A stretch of DNA of 45,283 bases, from contig JARKSN010000169.1 in NCBI GenBank assembly GCA_029974275.1, positions 1 through 45,283 on the forward strand, read 5' to 3'. This document shows positions 20,323 to 30,300 of this stretch, piece after piece. Below the pieces are notes generated by a model. The model saw only the letters and a program-made list of their open reading frames with translations. It was not told the DNA's origin and made no database searches. Within the stretch, counting starts at the first letter, position 1. Each line of letters starts with the position of its first letter. Origin of the DNA: Candidatus Hydrogenedentota bacterium. Its GTDB lineage: Bacteria; Hydrogenedentota; Hydrogenedentia; Hydrogenedentales; SLHB01. A program made the position numbers and the translations under genes.

Positions 20323-22185
20323 ATGCCCCGTTTTCCTCGCAGCATTCGCTATACGCCGCGCTTTTGCACGCGATTGGCGCACGGCGTCGCCATCGCCGCA
20401 ATTCTTTTTTTCGCAACATCCTGCGCCACAACGCATTACAAGAAGAAGGCCGATCAGGAAGCCTACGCCCTCATCGCGGAAAAGGCGCCGAAAGTCCCCA
20501 ATATGGAAGAGGGGTTCTCCATCGAAGAGAACACGGAAGATTTCCTGACAGGTCTTCCCGTGGTTGAAGAGGTGAACGAAGCATTGGGCGAGATGGGCAA
20601 GACGGAGCAGGGGGCCGCCTGCCTCTCCTTGGAAAAAGCCCTCGCGATAGCGGTCAACCAGAGCCGCACCTATCAAAACCGGAAGGAATCGCTGTATCTG
20701 CAGGCCTTGTCGCTCACCCTCGATCGACACGCCTATACGCCGATTCTGGCGGTGAGCGCTTCGGGCAAATACGAACGCGTCTCGCGCGACGTGACAGTGG
20801 TTTCCGACACCGCCCAGTTGGCCCGGGCGGCGCCCGATCTGGCCCAACAGCTCGGACAACTCGCGGGAGCGCCCGCAGACGTTCTCAGCGCCTATGCCAA
20901 GCTGATCGAAGACGCCGCCACCGCGACCGGCGCGAACCAATCGAGCATAAAAACGCTGGACGAACGGCGCGTGACGGGCAACACGCGGCTGGGCGTCGAC
21001 CTGTTGCTCCAGGGGGGCGCGCGGATGGCGATCGATCTGAGCAGCGATTTTTTGCGTTTTCTCACGGGAGATCCCCGCGTGAGCGCCTCCTCGGCATTGG
21101 CGGCGACCTTGCGCCAGCCTCTTCTGCGCGGCGCGGGCAGATCCGTGGCCGCGGAGAATTTGACCCAGGCAGAACGCGACTTGTTGTACGAACTGCGCTC
21201 CTTTGCGCAATTTCGCAAGGAGTTCGTGACGCAGGTCGCAAGCAATTATTACCAAGTGTTGCAGACGCGGGACGCGGTGATGAACAACTACCGCGGATAC
21301 CTGGCGTTCCAGCAATCCGCTCAGCGAGAACGGGCGTTGGCCACGCAAGGCCGCAGCACGCAGGCCGGGCTGGGCCGCATTGAGCAAGCGCTGTTGAACA
21401 GCGAAAACAGTTGGGTGAACTCCATCCGCAGTTACGCCGAAGAACTCGACCGGTTCAAAATATTGCTTGGCTTGAGCACGGATGCGCATGTAGCGCTCGA
21501 TCCCAGGGAATTGGAGCAGTTGCGTGAGCGCGGTCTCATTCATCCTGCGATTTCGAGCGAGGACGCCGTCAAGGTGGCCCTGGTCACGCGTCTCGATTTG
21601 TACAGCATACGCGATCGGGAAGAAGACGCCAACCGGAAAGTGAACGTGGCGATAAACGCGTTGAAGCCGCAGCTGGATTTGGTGGTTCAGGGTTCCGTGA
21701 ACAGCATGCCGGGAAACCGTTTTCAAGAATTGGATTTTCAGCGAGGCCGTTGGTCGGCGGGGTTGGACTTTGATCCGGGGTTTGACAGAAAGGCGGAGCG
21801 CAACGCCTACCGCGCCAGCCTGATCTCGCTGGCGCGCGCGTCGCGCGAACGGGAATTGGCGGAGGACACCGCCAAGCTGGCAGTGCGCGAATCGTGGCGC
21901 AACCTCGATCAGGCCAAGCGCACCTTTGAAATCCAACAAATTGGCGTTGGCCTGAACGAGCGCCGCGTCGAGGAGCAGGCCCTCTTGTCGGAGTTGGGCC
22001 GCGCCACCGCGCAGAACCAAGTCGATGCGCAGAACGACCTCATCAACGCGCGCAACGACCTTACCGCGGCGTTGGTGCGTCACACCGTTGCGCGGCTCCA
22101 ATTCTGGCGCGACATGGGCATTCTGTTCATCAAAGAGAATGGACAGTGGGAGGAAGTCACGGATGTCGTCAAGCCCCAAGAGTGA
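20323..22185 (+). CDS. TolC-family outer-membrane efflux lipoprotein (start uncertain: 20287, 20302 or 20323)
   Basis: Lipobox-like FFATS-C, LSLEKALAIA, L.QPLLRGAG and helical OEP-like repeats; first gene of an adaptor-ATPase-permease operon. Confidence 0.8.
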   Translation: MPRFPRSIRYTPRFCTRLAHGVAIAAILFFATSCATTHYKKKADQEAYALIAEKAPKVPNMEEGFSIEENTEDFLTGLPVVEEVNEALGEMGKTEQGAACLSLEKALAIAVNQSRTYQNRKESLYLQALSLTLDRHAYTPILAVSASGKYERVSRDVTVVSDTAQLARAAPDLAQQLGQLAGAPADVLSAYAKLIEDAATATGANQSSIKTLDERRVTGNTRLGVDLLLQGGARMAIDLSSDFLRFLTGDPRVSASSALAATLRQPLLRGAGRSVAAENLTQAERDLLYELRSFAQFRKEFVTQVASNYYQVLQTRDAVMNNYRGYLAFQQSAQRERALATQGRSTQAGLGRIEQALLNSENSWVNSIRSYAEELDRFKILLGLSTDAHVALDPRELEQLRERGLIHPAISSEDAVKVALVTRLDLYSIRDREEDANRKVNVAINALKPQLDLVVQGSVNSMPGNRFQELDFQRGRWSAGLDFDPGFDRKAERNAYRASLISLARASRERELAEDTAKLAVRESWRNLDQAKRTFEIQQIGVGLNERRVEEQALLSELGRATAQNQVDAQNDLINARNDLTAALVRHTVARLQFWRDMGILFIKENGQWEEVTDVVKPQE

Positions 22186-24220
22186 AAATCCGTCTGCGCC
22201 CGTCCAACGCCGCAGCAAGCGGCGCCTGTGGTGGAAGTTAGGCGTTGTGGCCGTGGCGATCGCCGTGGGGGTGTGGTATTTCCGCGAACCCGCCCAAGTG
22301 GTGGACAAGGCAAGCGTCTGGTCCGTGAAGCGCGGCCCCTTGCCAATTACGGTGGTTGAAACGGGCAGCGTGGTGGCGCTCGAATCCCAGGAAATCAAAT
22401 CGGAAGTCAAAGGCGAAACCAAGGTTCTTAGCATCGTGGAAGAAGGATATCAGGTCACCGAAGAAGACGTGAGAGACAAAAAAGTGCTGGTCACCCTTGA
22501 CAGCGCTGATCTTGTGACCAATCTTACCCAGCAGGAGATTCAATACCAAAGCGCCTCGGCTGCCTATACGGAGGCGAAAGAACAATATGGCATCCAGATA
22601 AAAGACAACGAGAGCAACATCAAAGAGGCGCAGTTGAGCGCGAAATTCGCGCGGATGGATTTTGAAAAATATCTAGGCGTGGAACTGGCCAACAAGATCA
22701 TCACCGAGTTGGGCCTGAACACCAACCTGGATTCGGCGGAAGAAGACTTGCGGGAAATCATGGAGGCGGTCGCCGCCGGTCAGGCGGAGGCCGAGGATAC
22801 GTTGAACGGCGACGCCGAAGAGGCCCCCTCCGAAACCTCCAACGCCGTTCCCGCGCCTGCTCTTGCTTCTGGAGATGGGGATGCCGCGCCTGCGTCAAAC
22901 GCCATTCCTGCGTCGCCAATTTCCGTGTCCGGGGAACCCCAACCTCCCGCCGCCTCGCCAAGCGGTCTCACGCCCGAGCAAGTGGCGAATATGGTGGGCG
23001 CAACGCAACGCCATATCGACTTCTCCCAATATGCCGATCCCAAATTGCTAGGGGACGGCGAGGCTCAGCAAAAGCTGCGCAAGTTTGAGACCGATGCCAT
23101 GATGAGCGACGAGGAACTCAACTTGAGCAAAACGCAGCTCGAGGGAACGCAGCGTTTGTTCGAGGGGAAATTCGTGACGCAGACCGAACTCGACAACGAC
23201 ACCATGAAAGTCAAGCGCGGCGAGATCGCTTCGGAATCGGCCAAAACGGAGAAGGACCTGTTTATCAAGTATGAATTCCGCAAACAGGCGGAGAAGTTGC
23301 TGTCGGACTATGAGGAGTCCTTGCGCAAACTCGATCGGACTCGAAAACTCGCCATTTCCAAAATGGCGCAAGCCCAAGCCAAGCTGAAGTCGAGCGAGGC
23401 CCAATTTGGCTTGCAACGGCAGCGTCGCGACGATCTGCAGAAACAGGTGCGGAAATGCACCATCGTGGCGGAACGTCCGGGCCTGGTCGTGTACGCAGGC
23501 AACGATCAGCCGTGGCGCGGCGGCGAGGAAATCAAGGAAGGCGCCAAGGTCTATCAAGGGCAATCGATCATCACCATCCCCGACATGACCCAAATGGCGA
23601 TCGAGATCAAAGTCCACGAATCGGCGATCAAAAAAGTGGCCAAAGGGCAAAAGGCCGCCATTCGGATAGACGCTTTCCCCGACACGCCGTTGACAGGCGT
23701 GGTGCATCGCGTCGGCGTGCTGCCGGACTCTAGTCAACGCTGGATGAACCCCGACGTAAAGTTGTACCTCGTGAAAGTGACGATCGACGGGACGCACGAC
23801 TGGCTCAAGCCCGGCATGAGCGGCGAAGTCACCGTGAAAATCGCCGAACTGGACGATGTAGTGTATGTCCCGATCCAAGCGGTGACGCCGACCGGTGAGG
23901 AACGCGCCGTCAACGTGGTCAGCGCGCTCGGAACGACCGAACGCCGCGTCGTGAAAGTCGGCGATTTCAACAACCAGTTCATTCAGATCAAAGAGGGCCT
24001 GAAAGACGGGGAACGCGTTCTCTTGCGCGCTCCCATGGAGGAAGAGGGCAAGTCCCGAAAAGACCTCGACGCAAAGGACGCGAAAGAAGCAAAAGGCGGC
24101 GATACGGAGAGGAAAACCGAAAACGCCCGGACGAAAACGCGCGAAGCGGGCGATGGCGAGAATGGGGCCACGAAGGACAAGCCTTCTCCCCCTGCAGAAA
24201 CGTCGAAAAAAGGCGAGTAG
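22163..24220 (+). CDS. MacA/HlyD-like periplasmic adaptor, unusually long (685 aa)
   Basis: N-terminal TM, V.RG.L...V...G, lipoyl half-motifs (V.EG..V, CTIVAERPG), LKPGMSGEV, GLKDGERV; RBS ggagg. Confidence 0.88.
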   Translation: MSSSPKSENPSAPVQRRSKRRLWWKLGVVAVAIAVGVWYFREPAQVVDKASVWSVKRGPLPITVVETGSVVALESQEIKSEVKGETKVLSIVEEGYQVTEEDVRDKKVLVTLDSADLVTNLTQQEIQYQSASAAYTEAKEQYGIQIKDNESNIKEAQLSAKFARMDFEKYLGVELANKIITELGLNTNLDSAEEDLREIMEAVAAGQAEAEDTLNGDAEEAPSETSNAVPAPALASGDGDAAPASNAIPASPISVSGEPQPPAASPSGLTPEQVANMVGATQRHIDFSQYADPKLLGDGEAQQKLRKFETDAMMSDEELNLSKTQLEGTQRLFEGKFVTQTELDNDTMKVKRGEIASESAKTEKDLFIKYEFRKQAEKLLSDYEESLRKLDRTRKLAISKMAQAQAKLKSSEAQFGLQRQRRDDLQKQVRKCTIVAERPGLVVYAGNDQPWRGGEEIKEGAKVYQGQSIITIPDMTQMAIEIKVHESAIKKVAKGQKAAIRIDAFPDTPLTGVVHRVGVLPDSSQRWMNPDVKLYLVKVTIDGTHDWLKPGMSGEVTVKIAELDDVVYVPIQAVTPTGEERAVNVVSALGTTERRVVKVGDFNNQFIQIKEGLKDGERVLLRAPMEEEGKSRKDLDAKDAKEAKGGDTERKTENARTKTREAGDGENGATKDKPSPPAETSKKGE

Positions 24221-24233
24221 GGAGGTCTTCTCC

Positions 24234-24923
24234 GTGGCCGAAACCCTCATAGCTCGCGTGGACGATGTCCGCAAGACCTACCAAATGGGCGCCGTCCTGG
24301 TGGAGGCCCTGCGTGGCATCAGCATCGACTTTCATGCCGGCGAATACGTGACCATCATGGGACCGTCCGGATGCGGCAAGTCCACGCTGCTCAACTTGCT
24401 TGGATGCCTTGACCGACCGACCAGCGGACGTTACCTGTTGGGGGCAGAAGACGTTTCGCTGCTGGACGACGACTCCCTCTCAGCGATTCGCGGCGCCCGG
24501 ATCGGCTTTATCTTTCAGTCCTACAATCTCATTCAACAGCTCACGGTAATCGAAAACATCGAAGTGCCGATGTACTATCAGGGCGTGCCCGAGGAAGACG
24601 CGCGCGCCACGGCCACGGCGCTGGCGGATCGGGTGGGGCTTACGGAACGCATGTTCCACAAACCCTTCGAGTTGTCGGGCGGGCAGCAGCAGCGCGTGGC
24701 CATCGCGCGCGCATTGGCCAACGACCCGCTGATTCTGTTGGCCGATGAGCCGACGGGAAACCTGGATTCCACGTCGGGCCGCGATATTCTCGACGTGTTC
24801 GACGATCTGCACCGGCAAGGCAAAACCCTGATCATGGTGACCCACTCCGACGAAGTCGCCGAGCGCTCCAAGCGGAGCCTCCACCTTCGCGATGGACAGG
24901 TGGAACATGACATTCGCCTCTAA
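24234..24923 (+). CDS. ABC transporter ATP-binding protein (MacB/LolD family)
   Basis: Walker A GPSGCGKST, LSGGQQQRVAIARAL, LADEPTGNLDS, VTH; GTG start after ggagg. Confidence 0.95.
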   Translation: MAETLIARVDDVRKTYQMGAVLVEALRGISIDFHAGEYVTIMGPSGCGKSTLLNLLGCLDRPTSGRYLLGAEDVSLLDDDSLSAIRGARIGFIFQSYNLIQQLTVIENIEVPMYYQGVPEEDARATATALADRVGLTERMFHKPFELSGGQQQRVAIARALANDPLILLADEPTGNLDSTSGRDILDVFDDLHRQGKTLIMVTHSDEVAERSKRSLHLRDGQVEHDIRL

Positions 24924-26298
24924 ATCCTTGCCGCGCCACAATACGGGCCTGTACAGCTACACCCGGCTCAAGCGGACGGTCCGCCTCGGCATCAAGAGCG
25001 TCTGGAGTCACCGCCTCCGATCCTTGTTGACCGTGCTGGGCATCGTGTTCGGCGTATGCTCGGTCATCGCCATGCTCGCCATCGGCGAAGGGCTTAGCTT
25101 TGAAGCCCAGGAGCAGATACGCCGTCTGGGCAGCCAAAACATCATCGTGCGCAGCGTCAAGCCACCCGAAAATCAAAGCAGCACCGCCGACCGCAGTTGG
25201 GCTATCGAATACGGCATCACCTACGACGACCTGGACCGCATCCGCATGACCCTGCCGGCCGTGGAGATCGTGGTGCCCTCGCGCGCCATGCGCCGCGACG
25301 TTTGGAACCTGGGGCGACGCGTTGACTGCGACGTGATGGGCACCGTTCCCTGGCATCCCCAGATGACCAGCAGCCGCGTCGCCGCAGGCCGTTTTTTTAC
25401 GGACTTCGAATTCAGCAGCAACGCCAACGTCTGTGTGCTGGGGGCGGGCGTGGCGGAACAGTTGTTCCCGATCGACGATCCCCTTGGCAAGAGCGTGCGC
25501 ATCGGCGACGGGCTCTTCACCGTCATCGGAACCATGGCGGACGGAGGCTCCCCGACTTCCTCGACCGCGGCAATGGGAGGAGCCGCCAACGACGGCGGCG
25601 ACAAGGGGGCTTCCACTGCGGCAAACGTCGCCGCGCCCGGGACCAGCCCCGGCGCAGCCCAATACCAGGTGTACATTCCGCTGAGCACTTCCAAGGCGCG
25701 CTACGGCGAAGTGCAGGTCAAACGATCCAGCGGCAGCCGCAGCATCGAACGAATCCAGTTGAGCGAATTGACGGTCAAGGTGGACAGTCTCGACGCCGTC
25801 GTGCCCACGGCCCGCATCATCGAGGACTTGCTGGGGCGGTACCACAAGAAAAAGGACTATTCGGTGATGGCCCCCTTGGAACTGCTGCGGCAGGCCGAGC
25901 GCACCAAGCGCATGTTCAACATCGTCCTCGGCGCCATCGCCGCGATTTCGCTGCTGGTCGGCGGCATCGGCATCATGAACATCATGCTGGCCAGCGTGAC
26001 CGAGCGCACGCGCGAGATCGGCATCCGCCGCGCGTTGGGCGCGAAGCGCGGCGATATCGTGCTGCAGTTTTTGATCGAAACCGTGCTGCTGTCCGCGACG
26101 GGCGGCATCATCGGCGTGGCCTTGGGCCTGTCGGTGCCGCTGATCATCACGCATTTCGCCCACATGAAAACCATCGTCACCCTCTGGTCTCCAATACTGG
26201 CCTTTGGCATTTCGGCGATCATCGGCGTGGTGTTCGGTCTCTACCCCGCCATGCGCGCCGCCGATATGGACCCCGTCGAGGCCCTCCGCCACGAATAA
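24907..26298 (+). CDS. MacB-like ABC permease (FtsX domain)
   Basis: RSLLTVLGIVFGV, SLLVGGIGIMNIMLASVTERTREIGIRRALGA, DPVEALRHE. Confidence 0.95.
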   Translation: MTFASKSLPRHNTGLYSYTRLKRTVRLGIKSVWSHRLRSLLTVLGIVFGVCSVIAMLAIGEGLSFEAQEQIRRLGSQNIIVRSVKPPENQSSTADRSWAIEYGITYDDLDRIRMTLPAVEIVVPSRAMRRDVWNLGRRVDCDVMGTVPWHPQMTSSRVAAGRFFTDFEFSSNANVCVLGAGVAEQLFPIDDPLGKSVRIGDGLFTVIGTMADGGSPTSSTAAMGGAANDGGDKGASTAANVAAPGTSPGAAQYQVYIPLSTSKARYGEVQVKRSSGSRSIERIQLSELTVKVDSLDAVVPTARIIEDLLGRYHKKKDYSVMAPLELLRQAERTKRMFNIVLGAIAAISLLVGGIGIMNIMLASVTERTREIGIRRALGAKRGDIVLQFLIETVLLSATGGIIGVALGLSVPLIITHFAHMKTIVTLWSPILAFGISAIIGVVFGLYPAMRAADMDPVEALRHE

Positions 26299-26371
26299 CG
26301 CCGTTTCGGCCGCGCGCCTCCTCCGTGTGACATGGTACAATTCCCCTAATAGTCCCCCACGGGCGCATGCC

Positions 26372-27589
26372 ATGAAATTTTCGATTCGCGCCATAGCGTC
26401 ACGCGATGAATTGCGCGTGGTGAGCGGCCTTTTCGCCGCATCCCTTCCGAACGGCCATGCGCCGGACTGGAAACGGCTGCATGGCTGGCTGGAGACGTCC
26501 GCTTCGTGCTACCCCGGGTTCGAGAGCGAGCACACGCGCATTGCCGTGCGCCAAAAGGAAGTCCTAGGCGCGCTTCGTCTGGTCACCGACACGATCCGGA
26601 TCGGCGAGACGCGGTTGAAGGCAGGCAAAATTTGCTGGGTGGCGACAGCCGATCACACCCGGAAAAAGGGAATGGCGGGGCGACTGTTGGACGACGCCAT
26701 GGCATATATGCGCATGCGCCAGTATCACGTCGCGATGTTGTTCCATGTGCCGGGGTTGCATGAACGATGTGGATTCGCCGCCGCGTTGGGCGACTACGCG
26801 ATTGTCATGGACACCCTAGAAGCGCTGACCTTCGAGGTCCCGTACAAGACGCGGCCCGCTCGCCCGGGCGACATTCCCGCCCTGCTCCGGCTTCACAATG
26901 CGGGCGAAGCGGAGGCCTCGTGCAGCGTCGTGCGCGTGGCCGGACATTTCGCCTGTAAGTGGGAGTGCCGTTCCGACATCCACGTGTTGCTGGACGACCA
27001 GGGACGCGCAGTCGCCTATTTCATGGCATGCCGCGACGGAAACAGCCTGACGGTTTTGGAATCGGCCGTTTCCGGGTTTGACATGGCGGGCGGCGTCGTA
27101 GGCGCCTGTGCGCGCATTGCCGCGGACGCTTCGCTGGCATCGATCCGGTTTTGCGCGCCGCCGTTTCACCCGCTGGCGCGCTACCTGAGCCAATTCGACA
27201 CCCGTCACGAAGCCCACATGGGCCGCAAAGACGCCGGGATGATGGCAATCGTCAACCTCGCCGAGACCCTGGAGCATCTCGTGCCGGAATGGGAGAGACG
27301 CGTCGCCTACAGCCCGGCGCGCGACGAGCGAACCGAAGTTACGCTTGCTGTCGGCGGCCGATTTTGTTGCGTGCGAACCAATCGCGGCGCCATTGATGTG
27401 ACGTTCCGGGCCGGGAGCGGCAAAGTGAGCCTCACGGAAAGAGAATTGATGCAGCTCATATCGGGACACGCATACGTGGAAAACGTTCTCGATACCCGAC
27501 GTTGCATCGTCCCTCCCTCTGCCCGCGCCCTGCTGGCGGCGATTTTTCCCAAACGCGCCCCGTACGTATGGCCCTTTGATCGTTTCTAG
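26372..27589 (+). CDS. Eis-like GNAT acetyltransferase (tandem GNAT domains plus SCP2-like C-terminus)
   Basis: I..VAT....RKKGMAG acetyl-CoA motif, a second GNAT-like domain (RPARPGDIPAL), and a C-terminal L.QL..G segment typical of Eis proteins. Confidence 0.7.
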   Translation: MKFSIRAIASRDELRVVSGLFAASLPNGHAPDWKRLHGWLETSASCYPGFESEHTRIAVRQKEVLGALRLVTDTIRIGETRLKAGKICWVATADHTRKKGMAGRLLDDAMAYMRMRQYHVAMLFHVPGLHERCGFAAALGDYAIVMDTLEALTFEVPYKTRPARPGDIPALLRLHNAGEAEASCSVVRVAGHFACKWECRSDIHVLLDDQGRAVAYFMACRDGNSLTVLESAVSGFDMAGGVVGACARIAADASLASIRFCAPPFHPLARYLSQFDTRHEAHMGRKDAGMMAIVNLAETLEHLVPEWERRVAYSPARDERTEVTLAVGGRFCCVRTNRGAIDVTFRAGSGKVSLTERELMQLISGHAYVENVLDTRRCIVPPSARALLAAIFPKRAPYVWPFDRF

Positions 27590-27749
27590 GCGGTGACCAA
27601 TACATTCTTTTTCAATACCCGCTCGGCTTTTTAATGCGATTGCCCTGCCAAGCCAAGCCGGTTGTGCTCTTCGGCGGGTGTTGCTAGTATAGGGCGGCAT
27701 CTTTCCGGGGCGCTCTGTTCTCGCCTCTTTGCCATGCAGGATTGGATCA

Positions 27750-28541
27750 ATGGATATTGCCACCTTCATAGGATTGCTGGCCGGTTTCGGGCTGGTGATC
27801 GCGGCGATCGTCGCGGGCGGAAGCCCGCTCATGTTTGTAGACCTGTCTTCGATGGTCATCGTCCTGGGCGGCACAACGGCCTCCACGCTGATCAACTATC
27901 CACTCCGCGATATCCTGGGCGTGTTCGGCACGGTGAGAAACGCTTTTATCACTTCCATCCCCGACCCCGAAATGCTCATCGAACGCCTGGTGCGGTATGC
28001 GGCCATTTCGCGGCGAGAAGGCGTTTTGGCGCTCGAAGGACACGCCCGCCAGCCGGACGACGATTTTCTGCAAAAGGGAATTGCGCTTGCGATTGACGGC
28101 GCGCCGCCCGATCTCATCAAGGACATTCTCAGCACCGAACTTACATTTATGGAGGATCGCCACGCTTCCGGTCAGGCCATCTTGTATGCGATGGGGACTT
28201 TCGCGCCAGCGTTCGGGATGATCGGCACCCTCATCGGCCTCATCGAAATGCTCACATCGCTCAACGACCCGTCCCAGATCGGTCGCGGCATGGCCACGGC
28301 CCTCATCACGACTTTTTACGGGATGATGTTGGCCAACGTGGTTTTTCTGCCCGCCGCAGGCAAATTGCGGGTGCGCACGGCCAACGAACTGCTGGCGCGC
28401 GAAATCATCATCGAAGGAATCCTTTCAATCCGCGCCGGCGAGAGCCCCCGGCTGGTCGAGGAGAAACTAAAGGCCTTTGTCGCGCCTTCCATACGCCGGC
28501 GCGTCGCCACGGGATTGGGATATGGCGCGCCTCGTCAATAG
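27750..28541 (+). CDS. motA: Flagellar stator protein A (MotA/PomA)
   Basis: MDIATFIG, IVLGGT, RREGVLALE, APAFGMIGTLIGLI, ALITTFYG. Confidence 0.95.
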   Translation: MDIATFIGLLAGFGLVIAAIVAGGSPLMFVDLSSMVIVLGGTTASTLINYPLRDILGVFGTVRNAFITSIPDPEMLIERLVRYAAISRREGVLALEGHARQPDDDFLQKGIALAIDGAPPDLIKDILSTELTFMEDRHASGQAILYAMGTFAPAFGMIGTLIGLIEMLTSLNDPSQIGRGMATALITTFYGMMLANVVFLPAAGKLRVRTANELLAREIIIEGILSIRAGESPRLVEEKLKAFVAPSIRRRVATGLGYGAPRQ

Positions 28542-29316
28542 ACCACATCCCCGCATCAAGGAGCCTTCCGCCCCGCCATGGATTGTCACCTATGCCGACA
28601 TGATGAGTCTGTTGCTGGCCTTTTTCATTTTGCTGGTGGCGTTTTCGGCGATTGACTTGCAAAAGGCTCGCGACGCCTTGAAGTCCGTACAGGAAGCCCT
28701 GGGAACCGGCGCGCTTTTCCGAGAGTCCTCTCCGTCCGGCGCGTCTCCCAACGGAGCCCAAGCGCCGTTGGACGGCAACACAGTGGAACGCGCCGCGCGA
28801 CAACTTCGTCAACGGCTGCAAATCCTCGGCAAGGCCGAGGACGTCCGGATCGATCTCGATGAACAAGGCGGCCTGCGCATTGCGCTGCCCAGCCGGGCCC
28901 TCTTCGATTCGGCCAGCGCCGCATTGCGTCCGGACGCCTTTGATGCGCTGCGTGCTGTGGGGGAACTGTTGGCGGGACTGCCGCAGGCGGACATTCAGGT
29001 GGCGGGACACACGGACAACCGTCCATTGAAGAACAGCCCCATCTACCGGGATAATTACGATCTGAGCTTTGCGCGGGCGATGGGGGTTTGCCGTTTTCTC
29101 AGCGAACGCGCGGACGTCCCATTGACACAGCTGGAAGTTGTCGCGTATGGTCCCAACAAGCCCGTCGCCACCAACGAGACCGATGAGGGGCGCCAGGCGA
29201 ACCGTCGCGTGGAAATATACATCAGCGGCAGATTGTCCAACCGCGAAGTGGAAACCATACGGGGGCAAGCGGGTACAATGGAACAGCCGGCAACGATAAC
29301 CGCCGAAGGGCCCTGA
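28522..29316 (+). CDS. motB: Flagellar stator protein B (MotB/PomB) with OmpA-like domain
   Basis: WIVTYADMMSLLLAFFILL TM segment, GHTD, LS..RA, NRRVEI. Confidence 0.95.
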   Translation: MARLVNRPHPRIKEPSAPPWIVTYADMMSLLLAFFILLVAFSAIDLQKARDALKSVQEALGTGALFRESSPSGASPNGAQAPLDGNTVERAARQLRQRLQILGKAEDVRIDLDEQGGLRIALPSRALFDSASAALRPDAFDALRAVGELLAGLPQADIQVAGHTDNRPLKNSPIYRDNYDLSFARAMGVCRFLSERADVPLTQLEVVAYGPNKPVATNETDEGRQANRRVEIYISGRLSNREVETIRGQAGTMEQPATITAEGP

Positions 29317-29334
29317 GCCGGGGGAAAGGATATT

Positions 29335-29946
29335 ATGGCGGACGACAAGACAAAGGGGAAGGATAAAGGCAAAGAACTCGACAAGAAGGATGCCACTCCC
29401 GCGAGGACAGACTCGTTCCTCAAAACCCTCATCACGGCGGTGGTGGTCATGGTCATCGCCATGACGGGCGCATTCCTCATCTTCTGGTTCATCTTCTATC
29501 CCGCCTTGGACGGCAAGCACGCCAAAGGGGAAAAGAACGCCGCGGAAGAAGCCGGAGATTCCGCCCGCGGCGACAAGGGAAAAGGCGAGAACGAGAAGAT
29601 TCCGCCTACCGCCGTCACGGTGACCTTCGACGACGGCTTCGCCAATGTTCTCATGCCCGAACCGAGCATGCCCGCGCTTCTGCTCATGTACCAGGTGTCC
29701 TTTTTGGTTTCCGATCCGGAGACGGCGGAACTCGTCAACAAGAACAAGCCGATTTTCGAAGACATCATCACGACCCTGCACAGCTACCGATCCCGTGAAG
29801 AGCTGAACGATCCCATGGTGAAAAAAAGCATCCAAAAACAGATCCTCGAAATGTCCAATGAAAAGCTGCGCCAACTGATCCACAAGCCCGGCCCCGAAAA
29901 ACGAATCCTTTCGGTGCTGCACATCCGCTTTGCGGTGCACGAGTGA
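29335..29946 (+). CDS. fliL: Flagellar basal-body associated protein FliL
   Basis: Charged N-terminus, single TM, F.N motif in the periplasmic domain; position after motB. Confidence 0.75.
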   Translation: MADDKTKGKDKGKELDKKDATPARTDSFLKTLITAVVVMVIAMTGAFLIFWFIFYPALDGKHAKGEKNAAEEAGDSARGDKGKGENEKIPPTAVTVTFDDGFANVLMPEPSMPALLLMYQVSFLVSDPETAELVNKNKPIFEDIITTLHSYRSREELNDPMVKKSIQKQILEMSNEKLRQLIHKPGPEKRILSVLHIRFAVHE

Positions 29947-29949
29947 CCC

Positions 29950-30300
29950 ATGGCCGCCCCCAATCCTCCAGAGCCCGTCAACCACGAATTCCCGGAGATG
30001 CAACTCGGGACAGGCGCCGCCCCGGCCGATCACCTTGTCCTTGAGGACATGAGCAAAGTGCGTCTCGGCATTACTGCATCCCTTGGCCATACCTCCATGC
30101 TCGTCCGCGATATCCTCGATTTGAAGATCGGTTCTGTCGTGCCGCTCGACAAACTCGCCGGCGAAATGACGGACATCTACCTCAACGATCTGCCACTGGC
30201 GCGGGGCGAGGTGGTGGTGATCGGCGATTCGCTTCACGTTCGCATCGGCGAAATCATCGGCGCCGCCGAGAAAATGGAGGAAGATGAAGAAGAAGCATAG
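29950..30300 (+). CDS. fliN: Flagellar motor switch protein FliN (SpoA domain)
   Basis: LG.T.M.VRDILDL..GSVV.LDKLAGE...ARGEVVV...VRI.EI. Confidence 0.92.
   Translation: MAAPNPPEPVNHEFPEMQLGTGAAPADHLVLEDMSKVRLGITASLGHTSMLVRDILDLKIGSVVPLDKLAGEMTDIYLNDLPLARGEVVVIGDSLHVRIGEIIGAAEKMEEDEEEA

Noticed and set aside
27625..27660. Sigma54- or sigma28-like flagellar promoter before motA
   Set aside because: Only a weak TGGC-N-GC match, on the wrong strand, and no GCCGATAA-like box.
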